DNA of 64,000 nucleotides from positions 32,001-96,000 of the forward strand of contig JBHLON010000004.1 of assembly GCA_048940445.1 (NCBI GenBank), read 5' to 3'. Made by a program: the position numbers and the translations under genes. Positions 1 through 11,222 of the stretch are shown one piece after another. The DNA is from Promethearchaeota archaeon. Its GTDB lineage: Archaea > Asgardarchaeota > Lokiarchaeia > Sigyniarchaeales > SOKP01. The notes under the pieces were generated by a model. That model ran no database searches, was not told the DNA's origin, and worked only from the letters and a program-made list of their open reading frames with translations. The number at the start of each line of letters is the position of its first letter. Position 1 is the first letter of the stretch.

Positions 1-240
1 TTCTAAATACAGCTTTCGTAGACTTTTAAAGCTTTCTTGTCCTCCAAGATCCCAGATTTGAGCTGAGACCTCACCAAATTCTTCAAGTTTCATATCTTTT
101 TTCAATAAGTTAACACCTAAAGTACTTTTATAGTTCTCTCTGAATTTATTTTCTATAAATCTGTATACCAAAGACGTTTTTCCAACATTTGCTTCGCCAA
201 GTAAAACTATTTTAATGATATAATGACCTTGTGAATTCAC
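1..240 (-). CDS. Rab-like small GTPase (partial, C-terminus runs off the window; not in the ORF track)
   Basis: Manual translation from GTG at 240: MNSQGHYIIKIVLLGEANVGKTSLVYRFIENKFRENYKSTLGVNLLKKDMKLEEFGEVSAQIWDLGGQESFKSLRKLYLE. G1 GxxxxGKT, G2 TLG, G3 WDLGGQ; AGGAGGT Shine-Dalgarno upstream. Confidence 0.92.
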   Translation of the reverse strand, partial: MNSQGHYIIKIVLLGEANVGKTSLVYRFIENKFRENYKSTLGVNLLKKDMKLEEFGEVSAQIWDLGGQESFKSLRKLYLE

Positions 241-381
241 CTCTATTTTACCTCCTAAAACTTATTCTTAGTTCATTTTGATCTAACATTAATTCTAGAT
301 ACTTTCATAGTAACGTTTATCCTTATTAATAATTTTCTTCTTAGTTAATTACTAAATTAATCTGAAGAAATTGTTTTAAAA

Positions 382-729
382 TCAGATATTTTTTGTATCA
401 ACTTTATTGCAGATTGCATTAATTGAAGTAATATATTCGTTGTATAGGCCTTTTAACATATTACAAGATCTAGCTTTATGAAACGCAAACAGAAACAATT
501 GATTCAAACTGTAATGGTGATTTGAATCATAAATATCTTTCTTTAAACCAAATAATTCACTATTTTGGTCTAAAAAATTACAGAGGATATACCTATTTTC
601 ATTTGTTAAGTTTAAATCATTTAAAAGACCAAAGATTTTTAGGATGAGAGGTCCTTGAAATTTAATATTTTTCGTATTTAACATATGAAAAAGCTCAAAA
701 AATTTGTTTTTCTTAAGTACGAACGACAT
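382..729 (-). CDS. hypothetical protein
   Basis: 115-aa ORF co-oriented with its neighbours, no recognisable motif. Confidence 0.6.
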   Translation of the reverse strand: MSFVLKKNKFFELFHMLNTKNIKFQGPLILKIFGLLNDLNLTNENRYILCNFLDQNSELFGLKKDIYDSNHHYSLNQLFLFAFHKARSCNMLKGLYNEYITSINAICNKVDTKNI

Positions 730-785
730 AAATAATTAAATTAAGAAAATGCTTATGTTCCATAATAATATCCAGATATTATGAT

Positions 786-1058
786 TTAGTAAGAATATTC
801 AAAACCTTTATATTTATTTTCAGGTTCTCCAAATTCAAATTCTACTTGTTTCACATAAGCGTATTTTGGCCCTACTTTTGAGAATTCTAATAAATCGTAT
901 AACTTTGCTTCAGGGCCCTCAGCTTCTATATAAACGCTTCCATCAGGCATGTTTTTAACAAAACCAGTTAACCCTAATTTTCTTGCTAACTTTCGTGTAG
1001 TATAACGAAAAAAAACTCCTTGAACTTGCCCGTAGACTTTTATATTAATTTTTTTCAT
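786..1058 (-). CDS. acyP: acylphosphatase
   Basis: VYGQVQGVFFR and GFVKNMPDGSV signature motifs, 90 aa. Confidence 0.93.
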   Translation of the reverse strand: MKKINIKVYGQVQGVFFRYTTRKLARKLGLTGFVKNMPDGSVYIEAEGPEAKLYDLLEFSKVGPKYAYVKQVEFEFGEPENKYKGFEYSY

Positions 1059-1082
1059 ATAAAAATAAAATCTAAAAAATAT

Positions 1083-2216
1083 TTAATTTTTAACTAGACG
1101 TTTCATAATCATAATATAATCATCAAGATCTTCTTTAGTAATCTTTGGATGAATATCTAAAGCAAATATTTCTTTAGTTATTCTTTCCACATTTGGTAAA
1201 TTAATTTTAGTATAATCAATTACTTTTCCATAAAATGGACAAGACCAAGGACAACCTTTTGGGTAAGCAATTTTATTTTGAAAAAGTTTGGTTTCATAGA
1301 GCGGTTTTGGATAAAGGACTTTACTTTTTGGAAATTTTTCAATAAATTGTTTTTTGTTTAATCCGATAATTTCAGGATTTATACGCCCAATCCAATAATT
1401 GAAAGCAGGTTTACAATAGTCGGGAACATAAGGAGGGCTTATTCCTTTTAAATCACGTATACCTTCCGATAGGTATTGGGCATTTATATTGCGTATATCA
1501 ATGAATTTGTTTATTTTTTTTAACTGAACCTTACCAATAGCACCTTGAATTTCAGTCATCCTATAATTATAACCAAGTCGGTTGTATACATACCATGATG
1601 GTTCACCATGATGCCTTAATAGTCGACATTGTTCTGCAATATTATCATCATTAGTTGTAATCATCCCCCCTTCGCCAGTAGTAATGTTTTTAGATGGATA
1701 AAAGCTAAAGCATCCAATATCACCAATTGAACCAACTTTTGCATTATAACATTTTGTACCAATAGATTGAGCTGCATCCTCAATAATGAATAAATTATTT
1801 TGCTCTGCAATTTCCTTTAAAGCATGCATATCAGCACTTATTCCGGCTAAATGAACTGGAATTATTGCTTTTGTATTAGGTGTAATCTTTTCTTTTACAG
1901 ATTCGGGATCTAAGGTATAACTCTTATCATCTATATCTGCAAAAATGGGGATTGCATTGTTGTGTAAGATTGAGCTCGCCGTAGATATAAAAGTGAATGG
2001 AGGTACAATTATTTCATCTCCAGGTCCAATATTTAGAGCTGCTATTGCAATGTGCAAAGCTGCTGTACCAGAATTAACCCCAATTGCATGCTTAACACCA
2101 ATATAATTTGCAAACTCCTTTTCAAAATTTTTAACGGCTTCACCGTGAAGTAAGGTCAGCATCTGGGACTTCATGACTTTAATTACTTCTTTTTGTTCTT
2201 CTTCCGTAAGATTCAT
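1083..2216 (-). CDS. DegT/DnrJ/EryC1/StrS PLP-dependent aminotransferase
   Basis: NSGTAALH, IEDAAQ, FSFYPSKNITTGEGGM, GYNYRM motifs. Confidence 0.93.
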   Translation of the reverse strand: MNLTEEEQKEVIKVMKSQMLTLLHGEAVKNFEKEFANYIGVKHAIGVNSGTAALHIAIAALNIGPGDEIIVPPFTFISTASSILHNNAIPIFADIDDKSYTLDPESVKEKITPNTKAIIPVHLAGISADMHALKEIAEQNNLFIIEDAAQSIGTKCYNAKVGSIGDIGCFSFYPSKNITTGEGGMITTNDDNIAEQCRLLRHHGEPSWYVYNRLGYNYRMTEIQGAIGKVQLKKINKFIDIRNINAQYLSEGIRDLKGISPPYVPDYCKPAFNYWIGRINPEIIGLNKKQFIEKFPKSKVLYPKPLYETKLFQNKIAYPKGCPWSCPFYGKVIDYTKINLPNVERITKEIFALDIHPKITKEDLDDYIMIMKRLVKN

Positions 2217-2302
2217 AGCAATATAAAACTTAATTTAAATTGAAATTGTTGAAGATAAAAATAGTTTGTTTCTTAAGAATCTGATTATTCTATACGAATA
2301 CT

Positions 2303-2941
2303 TTAAAATATTAAATAATAAGTTTCATTGGACGTATTATATCCAATTATATTATTTTTAATTAAAGTCTCAATTACAGTAGTTAACCATCTTTTACTGG
2401 TTTTTATAGAAGTTAATAGCTGTTTAAAGCTTAATTCATCATTAATAGTCAGTAAAAATTGAATCTTACTTTTTACTTGTAAATGATTTGAATTAGCAAT
2501 TTTTTCAAATTTCTTTCTCAGATCATATTCTTTTGTTTTTAGATTTGCAACTTCATTACTAAGCTTTCCAATAACCTCATCTCGAGTCCTGAAAACATTT
2601 AATACTTTTTCTAAAAACATACGTTCTAGATGTTCTTTTAATTCTTCTTCTGTTATTTCTAATTCCAAAGTTTTCTTGAAATCATCTAAAATTACAATAT
2701 AATCTTGACTCTCATCATACTTATCCAATACCAATACCAAGATGATATCTTTTTGTTCATTGTAATAAGAAATAGAATTCCAATTTTTTTCTTCAATAGT
2801 TATATGAGATTCTACAAAATTGTGAGAGATCTGAATTTGTTGCACTACATTATCTGGGATTAACATATCGTCTGGATATTTCATATAAATAACACCTCCA
2901 GCAATTTCATCCCATTTTATCAAAAATATCCCTAAAGGAAT
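2303..2941 (-). CDS. Asgard-type protein with possible longin-like N-terminus, coiled coil and C-terminal winged helix; start possibly ATT at 2941 (ORF track: TTG at 2923)
   Basis: N-terminal (I)PLGIFLIKWDEIAGG beta-hairpin pattern; C-terminal LSFKQL..SKRWLTTVIETLIKNNIIGY wHTH-like segment; GGTGAGG just upstream of the ATT. Confidence 0.55.
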   Translation of the reverse strand: MPLGIFLIKWDEIAGGVIYMKYPDDMLIPDNVVQQIQISHNFVESHITIEEKNWNSISYYNEQKDIILVLVLDKYDESQDYIVILDDFKKTLELEITEEELKEHLERMFLEKVLNVFRTRDEVIGKLSNEVANLKTKEYDLRKKFEKIANSNHLQVKSKIQFLLTINDELSFKQLLTSIKTSKRWLTTVIETLIKNNIIGYNTSNETYYLIF

Positions 2942-3113
2942 AGAACCTCACCAAACCAAACTTAATTCTTACTTTAAAATTATAAAAATAGATCTTAATA
3001 AATTTAATTTGAAAATCTTAATTTATCCTACGGAGATGATATAAAATTTATTGAAAAATCTTGACTTAAAAAATAAATAGCAAGAAAGTTACTTTATAAA
3101 TAGTGAATTTGAA

Positions 3114-3389
3114 TTGGCTATTTTTTACGTTTACATATTAGAAACAATTTCTAAAAAGAATCGGAGAAGATTTTATACGGGATACACCAATAATTTAAAA
3201 AGAAGATTAAATGAGCATAATAAAGGCACAGGAGCTAAATTTTGTCGTGGAAAAAAGGTAATTAGACTTAAATATTTTGAATCATTCACAGAAAGAAAGG
3301 AAGCTATGAGAAGGGAATTGGAAATTAAATCTCTTCCAAGAAAGGAAAAAATAGAACTGATAAAAAACTTCAATCATATTGAAAATTAA
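3114..3389 (+). CDS. GIY-YIG nuclease family protein (UPF0213-like)
   Basis: YVYIL..FYTGYTNNLKRRLNEHNKGTGAKF..AMRRELEIK. Confidence 0.88.
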   Translation: MAIFYVYILETISKKNRRRFYTGYTNNLKRRLNEHNKGTGAKFCRGKKVIRLKYFESFTERKEAMRRELEIKSLPRKEKIELIKNFNHIEN

Positions 3390-4188
3390 TTTGATCAATC
3401 GAAATTTTTTAATAATATTAGTAGGTTTACCAGCATCTGGTAAAAGTACAATTGCTACAATATTAAAGCATATAATAGAAAAAAGGTATGAGAATGTTAA
3501 TGTAGAAATAATAGACACAGATCAGATTAGATATTCGATAAATCCTAATAAATTTAACTATAAAAAAGAACAACTAGTTAGAAAAAAAAGTTTAAATAAG
3601 GTTAAAAATGAGTTAAAGAGAGGTTCAATTGTAATTAGTGATGATTTAAACTACTATACTAGTATGCGTCATGATCTGAAACAAATTGCTGAAAACTATA
3701 AAAAAAAGTATTTTATTATTCATATCGCAACTCCCTTGGAAAAATGCATTGAATGGAATAAAAATCGAGGATTTTTTATTCCACAAGAAGTCATTTTTAA
3801 TATTAGTAAAAAATTTGATCACTTTGATAATTACAATTGGGATAGCCCCCTTATTTCAATAGATCCATCTAAATCAATGAATTTGAAAGGGGAGTTAGAT
3901 AAATTAGTCATTCTTATAGAAGAGAAATTAGCAATCGAAACTACTAGAAAAGATCCGAAAAGAAACCGAATCTTAAAACAAAGAAACCATGAGAAATTAG
4001 ATAAAATTACACGAGATTTAGTTAGAAAAATTAGTCAAAATGATGAGTACCATCCTTTAATGAAAAAAGTCTCTAAATTAAGAAAAGAGTTTATCAGAAA
4101 AAATATTGATAATTTAATTGATAAGACTCAAATTAAAGAGGAATTTTTAAAATTCTTAAATAAAAGCCTAAATTTTGAATGTTCTTAA
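3379..4188 (+). CDS. pstK: O-phosphoseryl-tRNA(Sec) kinase (PSTK/KTI12 family)
   Basis: GLPASGKST P-loop, D-x-IR, DDLNYYTSMRHDL, WNKNRG, YNWDSP, C-terminal LDKITR..LRKEF, all matching archaeal PSTK. Confidence 0.82.
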   Translation: MKINLINRNFLIILVGLPASGKSTIATILKHIIEKRYENVNVEIIDTDQIRYSINPNKFNYKKEQLVRKKSLNKVKNELKRGSIVISDDLNYYTSMRHDLKQIAENYKKKYFIIHIATPLEKCIEWNKNRGFFIPQEVIFNISKKFDHFDNYNWDSPLISIDPSKSMNLKGELDKLVILIEEKLAIETTRKDPKRNRILKQRNHEKLDKITRDLVRKISQNDEYHPLMKKVSKLRKEFIRKNIDNLIDKTQIKEEFLKFLNKSLNFECS

Positions 4189-4222
4189 TTATTATTATAA
4201 ATAATAATAAAAAAGAAAATAA

Positions 4223-6544
<2,322 letters not shown>

Positions 6545-6665
6545 AACTTATTTATTTTTTTCTTATGTCTTAATATTATTTAATTAAAATTTTAAATTAA
6601 ATAAGATCAAATAAGAAAATTAAATTTGAAGTGGATTATCTATAACTAATTTTACGCGATAAAAA

Positions 6666-7799
6666 ATGAAATCTACCCATAACAAAGAACTTACTAATAT
6701 ATTAAGAAACTTAGTCCAAATTCCAACAGAAAATCCACCGGGGATCACAAAAGAGATTGTGGATTATCTAATTTCTGAGGTATTTCGAGAAGAAGATGGC
6801 TTTAGGAATGAAATTATTACTCATAAAAAAAATAATTTTACTCTCCATAATTTAATAACTAAAGTCGGATTTGGAAACAAAAAAATCATATTATCAGGGC
6901 ATTTTGATGTAGTTCCTGCAGGAGATTCATCTAATTGGAAGTATGATCCTTTTTCAGCAGAAATAAAAAACAATAAACTATATGGAAGAGGATCATCAGA
7001 TATGAAAGGTGGATTAACAATGTTGATTGGGGTTATGAAAAACTTAAAAGAAAACATTACACTTTTACAGAAGTACAGTATTATTTTTGCAGGTACTGCA
7101 GACGAAGAGGACGGAATGACTGGAGCGGCAACATTATACAAACATAGATTGCTGGATAATGCTGAGCTATTAATTATCGCTGAACCAACCGATATGAACA
7201 TCGGGATTGCAGAAAAAGGGTTATTATGGATTAGATTAAAAATATATGGAAAAGCAGCTCATGGAGCAATGCCTGAAAAGGGTATTAATTCTATTCTAGC
7301 AGTATCAAACCTTATTCCAAAACTATATACTTTACTAGATAAAGAAAGTAATGAAATCTTGGGCTCATCTACCTTAAATGTTGGGAAAATAATTGGAGGG
7401 ACGCTTATTAATGTAGTACCAGAAAAAACAGAATTAGAACTTGATTTTAGATTAATTCCCGAACAAGATCCCGATAAACTGATTAAAAGGATAAAAAATC
7501 TTAATATTGAACTTTGTAATTTTAGTTTTGATATACTTAAAAAATTACCAGCTCTTCAATGTAAGACAAATCATCCATTCATACAAACTCTTTGCAAAAT
7601 AAGTGGTAGAAACCCAGTGGGTTTGCCTTATGCTACTGATGCTGCTCAGTTACTCACTCAGAATAATAAAATTCCTTTTGTTATTTTTGGCCCTGGGAAT
7701 CCACAGGTTGTGCATTCTATAGATGAATATATAGAACTAGATTCAGTATTTAAATCAACAGAATTACTTACAGAATCAATTTTACAAACCTATTCTTAA
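6666..7799 (+). CDS. M20 family metallopeptidase (ArgE/DapE-like)
   Basis: SGHFDVVP, YGRGSSDMKGG, DEE, AEPT, HSIDE motifs. Confidence 0.92.
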   Translation: MKSTHNKELTNILRNLVQIPTENPPGITKEIVDYLISEVFREEDGFRNEIITHKKNNFTLHNLITKVGFGNKKIILSGHFDVVPAGDSSNWKYDPFSAEIKNNKLYGRGSSDMKGGLTMLIGVMKNLKENITLLQKYSIIFAGTADEEDGMTGAATLYKHRLLDNAELLIIAEPTDMNIGIAEKGLLWIRLKIYGKAAHGAMPEKGINSILAVSNLIPKLYTLLDKESNEILGSSTLNVGKIIGGTLINVVPEKTELELDFRLIPEQDPDKLIKRIKNLNIELCNFSFDILKKLPALQCKTNHPFIQTLCKISGRNPVGLPYATDAAQLLTQNNKIPFVIFGPGNPQVVHSIDEYIELDSVFKSTELLTESILQTYS

Positions 7800-7804
7800 A
7801 TTTT

Positions 7805-8956
7805 TCATAATGTATTTATAAAATTTTCAATCCTATTCATTGCTTCTTTAAGTTTATTTATCTCTGTTGCATATGATATTCTGATTCTATAATCAGAATA
7901 TGATCCAAAAGTATTTCCTGGTACTACCGCAACTCCTTGTTTTTGCATCAGTTCTTGAGAAAAGTTAGATCCTGTCATACTGAAGTTTTCCACTGAAGGC
8001 ATAAGATAAAAAGCTCCTTTTGGTTTTATTACATTAAATCCAAGCTCTCGTAGTCTACTAAATACTAGTAATCGTCTTTGATCAAAACTTTTTAAAATGT
8101 CAACAAAAAAGTTATTATTCATTTTTAATGCTTCAATAAAACCATATTGGGCAGCATGATTTGCTCCAGCAGCAGTATATTGATGAACCTTTTCCATCAT
8201 ATCAATGATTTTTTTACTCGCCACAGCATAACCCAATCTAAAACCTGTAGCTGAAAATAATTTTGACATAGCATTAGTTGTTATCGTTCGTTCAAACATT
8301 CCATCCAAAGAAGCAAAACTAATATGTTTCGCTCCATCATATAAATAATTTTCATATACTTCATCAGTAATTAAGTATAAATTATTTTCTTTTACAATAG
8401 TAGCAATTTGGCTAACTTCTCGAGGTGTTAACACATATCCAGTTGGATTATTTGGAGAATTAATCAAGATAGCTTTTGTATTCTTTGTAATTGATTTTGT
8501 TATTTTTTCTAAATTAGGGCTAAAATCATTATTCCTTTCAACTTCTATAGTCTTTATACCAGAAAAGACTCCCAAGTAGAAATAAGAGATAAAATTTGGG
8601 GATGAGATAATAAGTTCATCACCTGGATTAAAAATAGATGTAAATGCTAGATTCAGAGCTTGCGATCCACCATTCGTAACAATAATGTTTTCATCCCAAT
8701 TACATTTAATATTATTAAATTTTCTAACTTTATTTTGTATTAATTGTAACAATTCAGGTACACCCTTAGTTGGCGCATAATATGTAATTTTTTTTTTAAG
8801 AGCTTTAATAGTACCTTCAATTGCAGGATCTGGAGTGCTAAAGTCAGGTTGTCCTATACCTAAGCTAATAATATTGGGGTGTCCTGCAGCTAAATCCATT
8901 AATTCTCGTATTTGAGATTTAGGGGTTTTAGCAACATTATAGGATAATTCTTTCAT
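7805..8956 (-). CDS. class I/II PLP-dependent (aspartate-type) aminotransferase
   Basis: IGQPDF, NSPNNPTG, DEVY, SKLFSATGFRLG. Confidence 0.93.
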   Translation of the reverse strand: MKELSYNVAKTPKSQIRELMDLAAGHPNIISLGIGQPDFSTPDPAIEGTIKALKKKITYYAPTKGVPELLQLIQNKVRKFNNIKCNWDENIIVTNGGSQALNLAFTSIFNPGDELIISSPNFISYFYLGVFSGIKTIEVERNNDFSPNLEKITKSITKNTKAILINSPNNPTGYVLTPREVSQIATIVKENNLYLITDEVYENYLYDGAKHISFASLDGMFERTITTNAMSKLFSATGFRLGYAVASKKIIDMMEKVHQYTAAGANHAAQYGFIEALKMNNNFFVDILKSFDQRRLLVFSRLRELGFNVIKPKGAFYLMPSVENFSMTGSNFSQELMQKQGVAVVPGNTFGSYSDYRIRISYATEINKLKEAMNRIENFINTL

Positions 8957-9044
8957 AATTTACTAACTCTTCATTTATATTTAAAACATTTGATTTTAAA
9001 ATCAATCAATTATAAATGAAAAAAATGTCAAAAATAAGAAAAAA

Positions 9045-9593
9045 CTAAACTTTCTCACCATAATTTCTTAAAATTTGAAAGACCAAGTTTTTAAATGCTT
9101 TCTCAACATTCTCCCCATATTTAGCACTTGTTTCAATAAAATCACTTGCTTGTATTTGTTCAGCTAATTCTTTTCCCTTTTCTTTAGTTACAGCTCTTTG
9201 TGCTTCTAAATCAATCTTATTGCCTATTAATACATATGCACCTTCTTTTTTAACATACTTCTTGAAATCTTTTAGCCATTTTGTTTCTACATTTTCAAAG
9301 GTTTGATATCGCGTGATATCATAGACAACTAAAGCCCCAACACATCCCTGAAAATACATTGAGCGAATTACATTATACTTTTCCTGGCCAGCTAGATCCC
9401 ACATGATTAAGCGAATTTGAGCATTAATTTCACTCAAATCTACATCTTTACGGACAATATTTGCTCCTAAAGTTGGCTTATAATCTTCTTGAAAAGATCC
9501 TTCAACGAACTGGTTTATTAAAGATGTCTTACCTACTGCTGCATCTCCTAATATTGTGATCTTAAATACGTATTCTCGTTCTTCGTTGGTCAT
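9045..9593 (-). CDS. Rab-like small GTPase
   Basis: GDAAVGKTS, PTLG, WDLAGQE, GNKID, ETSAK; no C-terminal Cys motif. Confidence 0.95.
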   Translation of the reverse strand: MTNEEREYVFKITILGDAAVGKTSLINQFVEGSFQEDYKPTLGANIVRKDVDLSEINAQIRLIMWDLAGQEKYNVIRSMYFQGCVGALVVYDITRYQTFENVETKWLKDFKKYVKKEGAYVLIGNKIDLEAQRAVTKEKGKELAEQIQASDFIETSAKYGENVEKAFKNLVFQILRNYGEKV

Positions 9594-9671
9594 TGATGAT
9601 TAAAAATATTGGATAGTAGGATGTAACAATATTTTGATTTTTGATCTATTTAATTGTTTTCCTTTTTTATC

Positions 9672-10253
9672 TTAAAGCTTTCTTTTTATCTTCAATTTTA
9701 AAATGAATGAATTATGTCGAGGGTCATTCACATTCTCTTCTTCTCCATAATAAACTACATCATGATTCGATGATAATGTCTTTTCAACTGAATGTACAAT
9801 GAAACCTTTAAATAAATCGCAACTCACTCCAATTTCAGAACAGAATATACATTTGTCTACCCGAACAACGATTTGATCGTCAGAAATTTCAACTATTTCA
9901 ACGTTCCAATCAGTTTGGATATATTCATTAATTTCTTTAATGATATCCTCAAAACTCTTCCCATAGGGAAAAAGATAAAAGCAAAATTTACGCCCAATTT
10001 CAAACAAAAGCTTTGTAGAATCAAATAATAAACAATTCTGAGCTGTAATTATTTTTTTGAAAGAAAAAAAGTCAATAGTTCCATCGGGGTCTACATCTCT
10101 CATATCTTTTAATTCTAACATTCCTGCCTCTCTCAAAATAGATTTCATACCATCATAATCGAGATTATCAAGATATGATTGTAAAAGAGCTGTAACTACT
10201 CTATTTCTAACTTTGCCCCTATATTCCCCAATTAACTCGGAATTGTTTGACAT
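9672..10253 (-). CDS. V4R (4-vinyl reductase/TRAPP-fold-related) domain protein
   Basis: LFEIGRKF helix, then VEIV..IVVRVDKCIFC..VSCDLFKGFIVHSVEK, typical V4R Cys pattern. Confidence 0.6.
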   Translation of the reverse strand: MSNNSELIGEYRGKVRNRVVTALLQSYLDNLDYDGMKSILREAGMLELKDMRDVDPDGTIDFFSFKKIITAQNCLLFDSTKLLFEIGRKFCFYLFPYGKSFEDIIKEINEYIQTDWNVEIVEISDDQIVVRVDKCIFCSEIGVSCDLFKGFIVHSVEKTLSSNHDVVYYGEEENVNDPRHNSFILKLKIKRKL

Positions 10254-10288
10254 AAATCGGTGTATATTGACTTTGTTTAGATGAATTA

Positions 10289-10310
10289 ATAGTAATCATC
10301 TGATTACTAT
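10289..10310. promoter_or_regulatory. 22-bp palindromic site upstream of the V4R gene
   Basis: ATAGTAATCA-tc-TGATTACTAT, perfect 10-bp arms. Confidence 0.45.
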
Positions 10311-10546
10311 ACTACTTCACAGTTTAATTTCCAATCCTAAAATAAATACGCTTATAATTTTAGAAAATTCAATGCTTATAAGTTTTGTTTTTGTGAAATA
10401 TTTCCTAACTTAAAAGATAATTCATTTGAATTCTTTTTAAAAATTGGACTAATAATGTTTTTAATATTGCCCTACCTCTCATAAATTAATATAATAAATA
10501 ATTCTCGAAGAAAATTATAACAAGTCATGATTATAGGTGTAAAAAA

Positions 10547-11104
10547 TTGTCTCATGATAGGTACTATACGAAGGAAAAGTATGAAAGTACTTATGGATCA
10601 TTTTTCTGTGGTGCTGCGTTTTTAATTGTTGCTATTGTGTCTTTGGTTTTATTGACTCTTAAAAATGATTTCATAGGATTATCTGGGTGGGGGTACTGGA
10701 TGTTTATTCCTGCATTCTTTATCTTATTTTTTGGTGGATTTCAACAACTCTATACAAATATGAAATTTAAGAGAGCTGTGAAAAATGCACTCTTAGATCG
10801 AGGCCAAGATACAGTTAAGCTTGAAGATCTTGCTCTTGAAGTAGGCATTAAACCCAATGATGTATTAAGAGTTCTAGTAGATCTAAGATCAAGTGGACAC
10901 ATAAATTATAAGTTCAATTCACAGACTGGAGAAATCATTTTGGGAGAAAAAGTTCAATATGCTCCGGCTGAAAGTTATGTAGCCCCACCAAAAAATCTTC
11001 ATGAGCCATTATCAACAGAAGACAGAAATTTTTGTGTCTATTGTGGACATAAACTTAGAGAAGGAGCTAACTTCTGCGAAAATTGTGGCTCTAGCATTAA
11101 ATAA
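10547..11104 (+). CDS. membrane protein with winged-helix-like domain and C-terminal zinc ribbon
   Basis: Two hydrophobic helices, LEDLALEVGIKPNDVLRVLVDL HTH-like segment, CVYCG..FCENCG. Confidence 0.7.
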   Translation: MSHDRYYTKEKYESTYGSFFCGAAFLIVAIVSLVLLTLKNDFIGLSGWGYWMFIPAFFILFFGGFQQLYTNMKFKRAVKNALLDRGQDTVKLEDLALEVGIKPNDVLRVLVDLRSSGHINYKFNSQTGEIILGEKVQYAPAESYVAPPKNLHEPLSTEDRNFCVYCGHKLREGANFCENCGSSIK

Positions 11105-11222
11105 TCTAAGTAAATATTATTTCTTTTTTATTTTTTTTAGCACCTTAGAAATACATTAAGAAAATCAATAGGTTAAAAATTTATTATCTTAATAGAAAAA
11201 AGGAAAAAACAATTAAAATAGA

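Noticed and set aside
3114-3389. GIY-YIG protein as a homing endonuclease or mobile element
   Set aside because: Short stand-alone UPF0213-type domain with no DNA-binding extension and no intron or intein context
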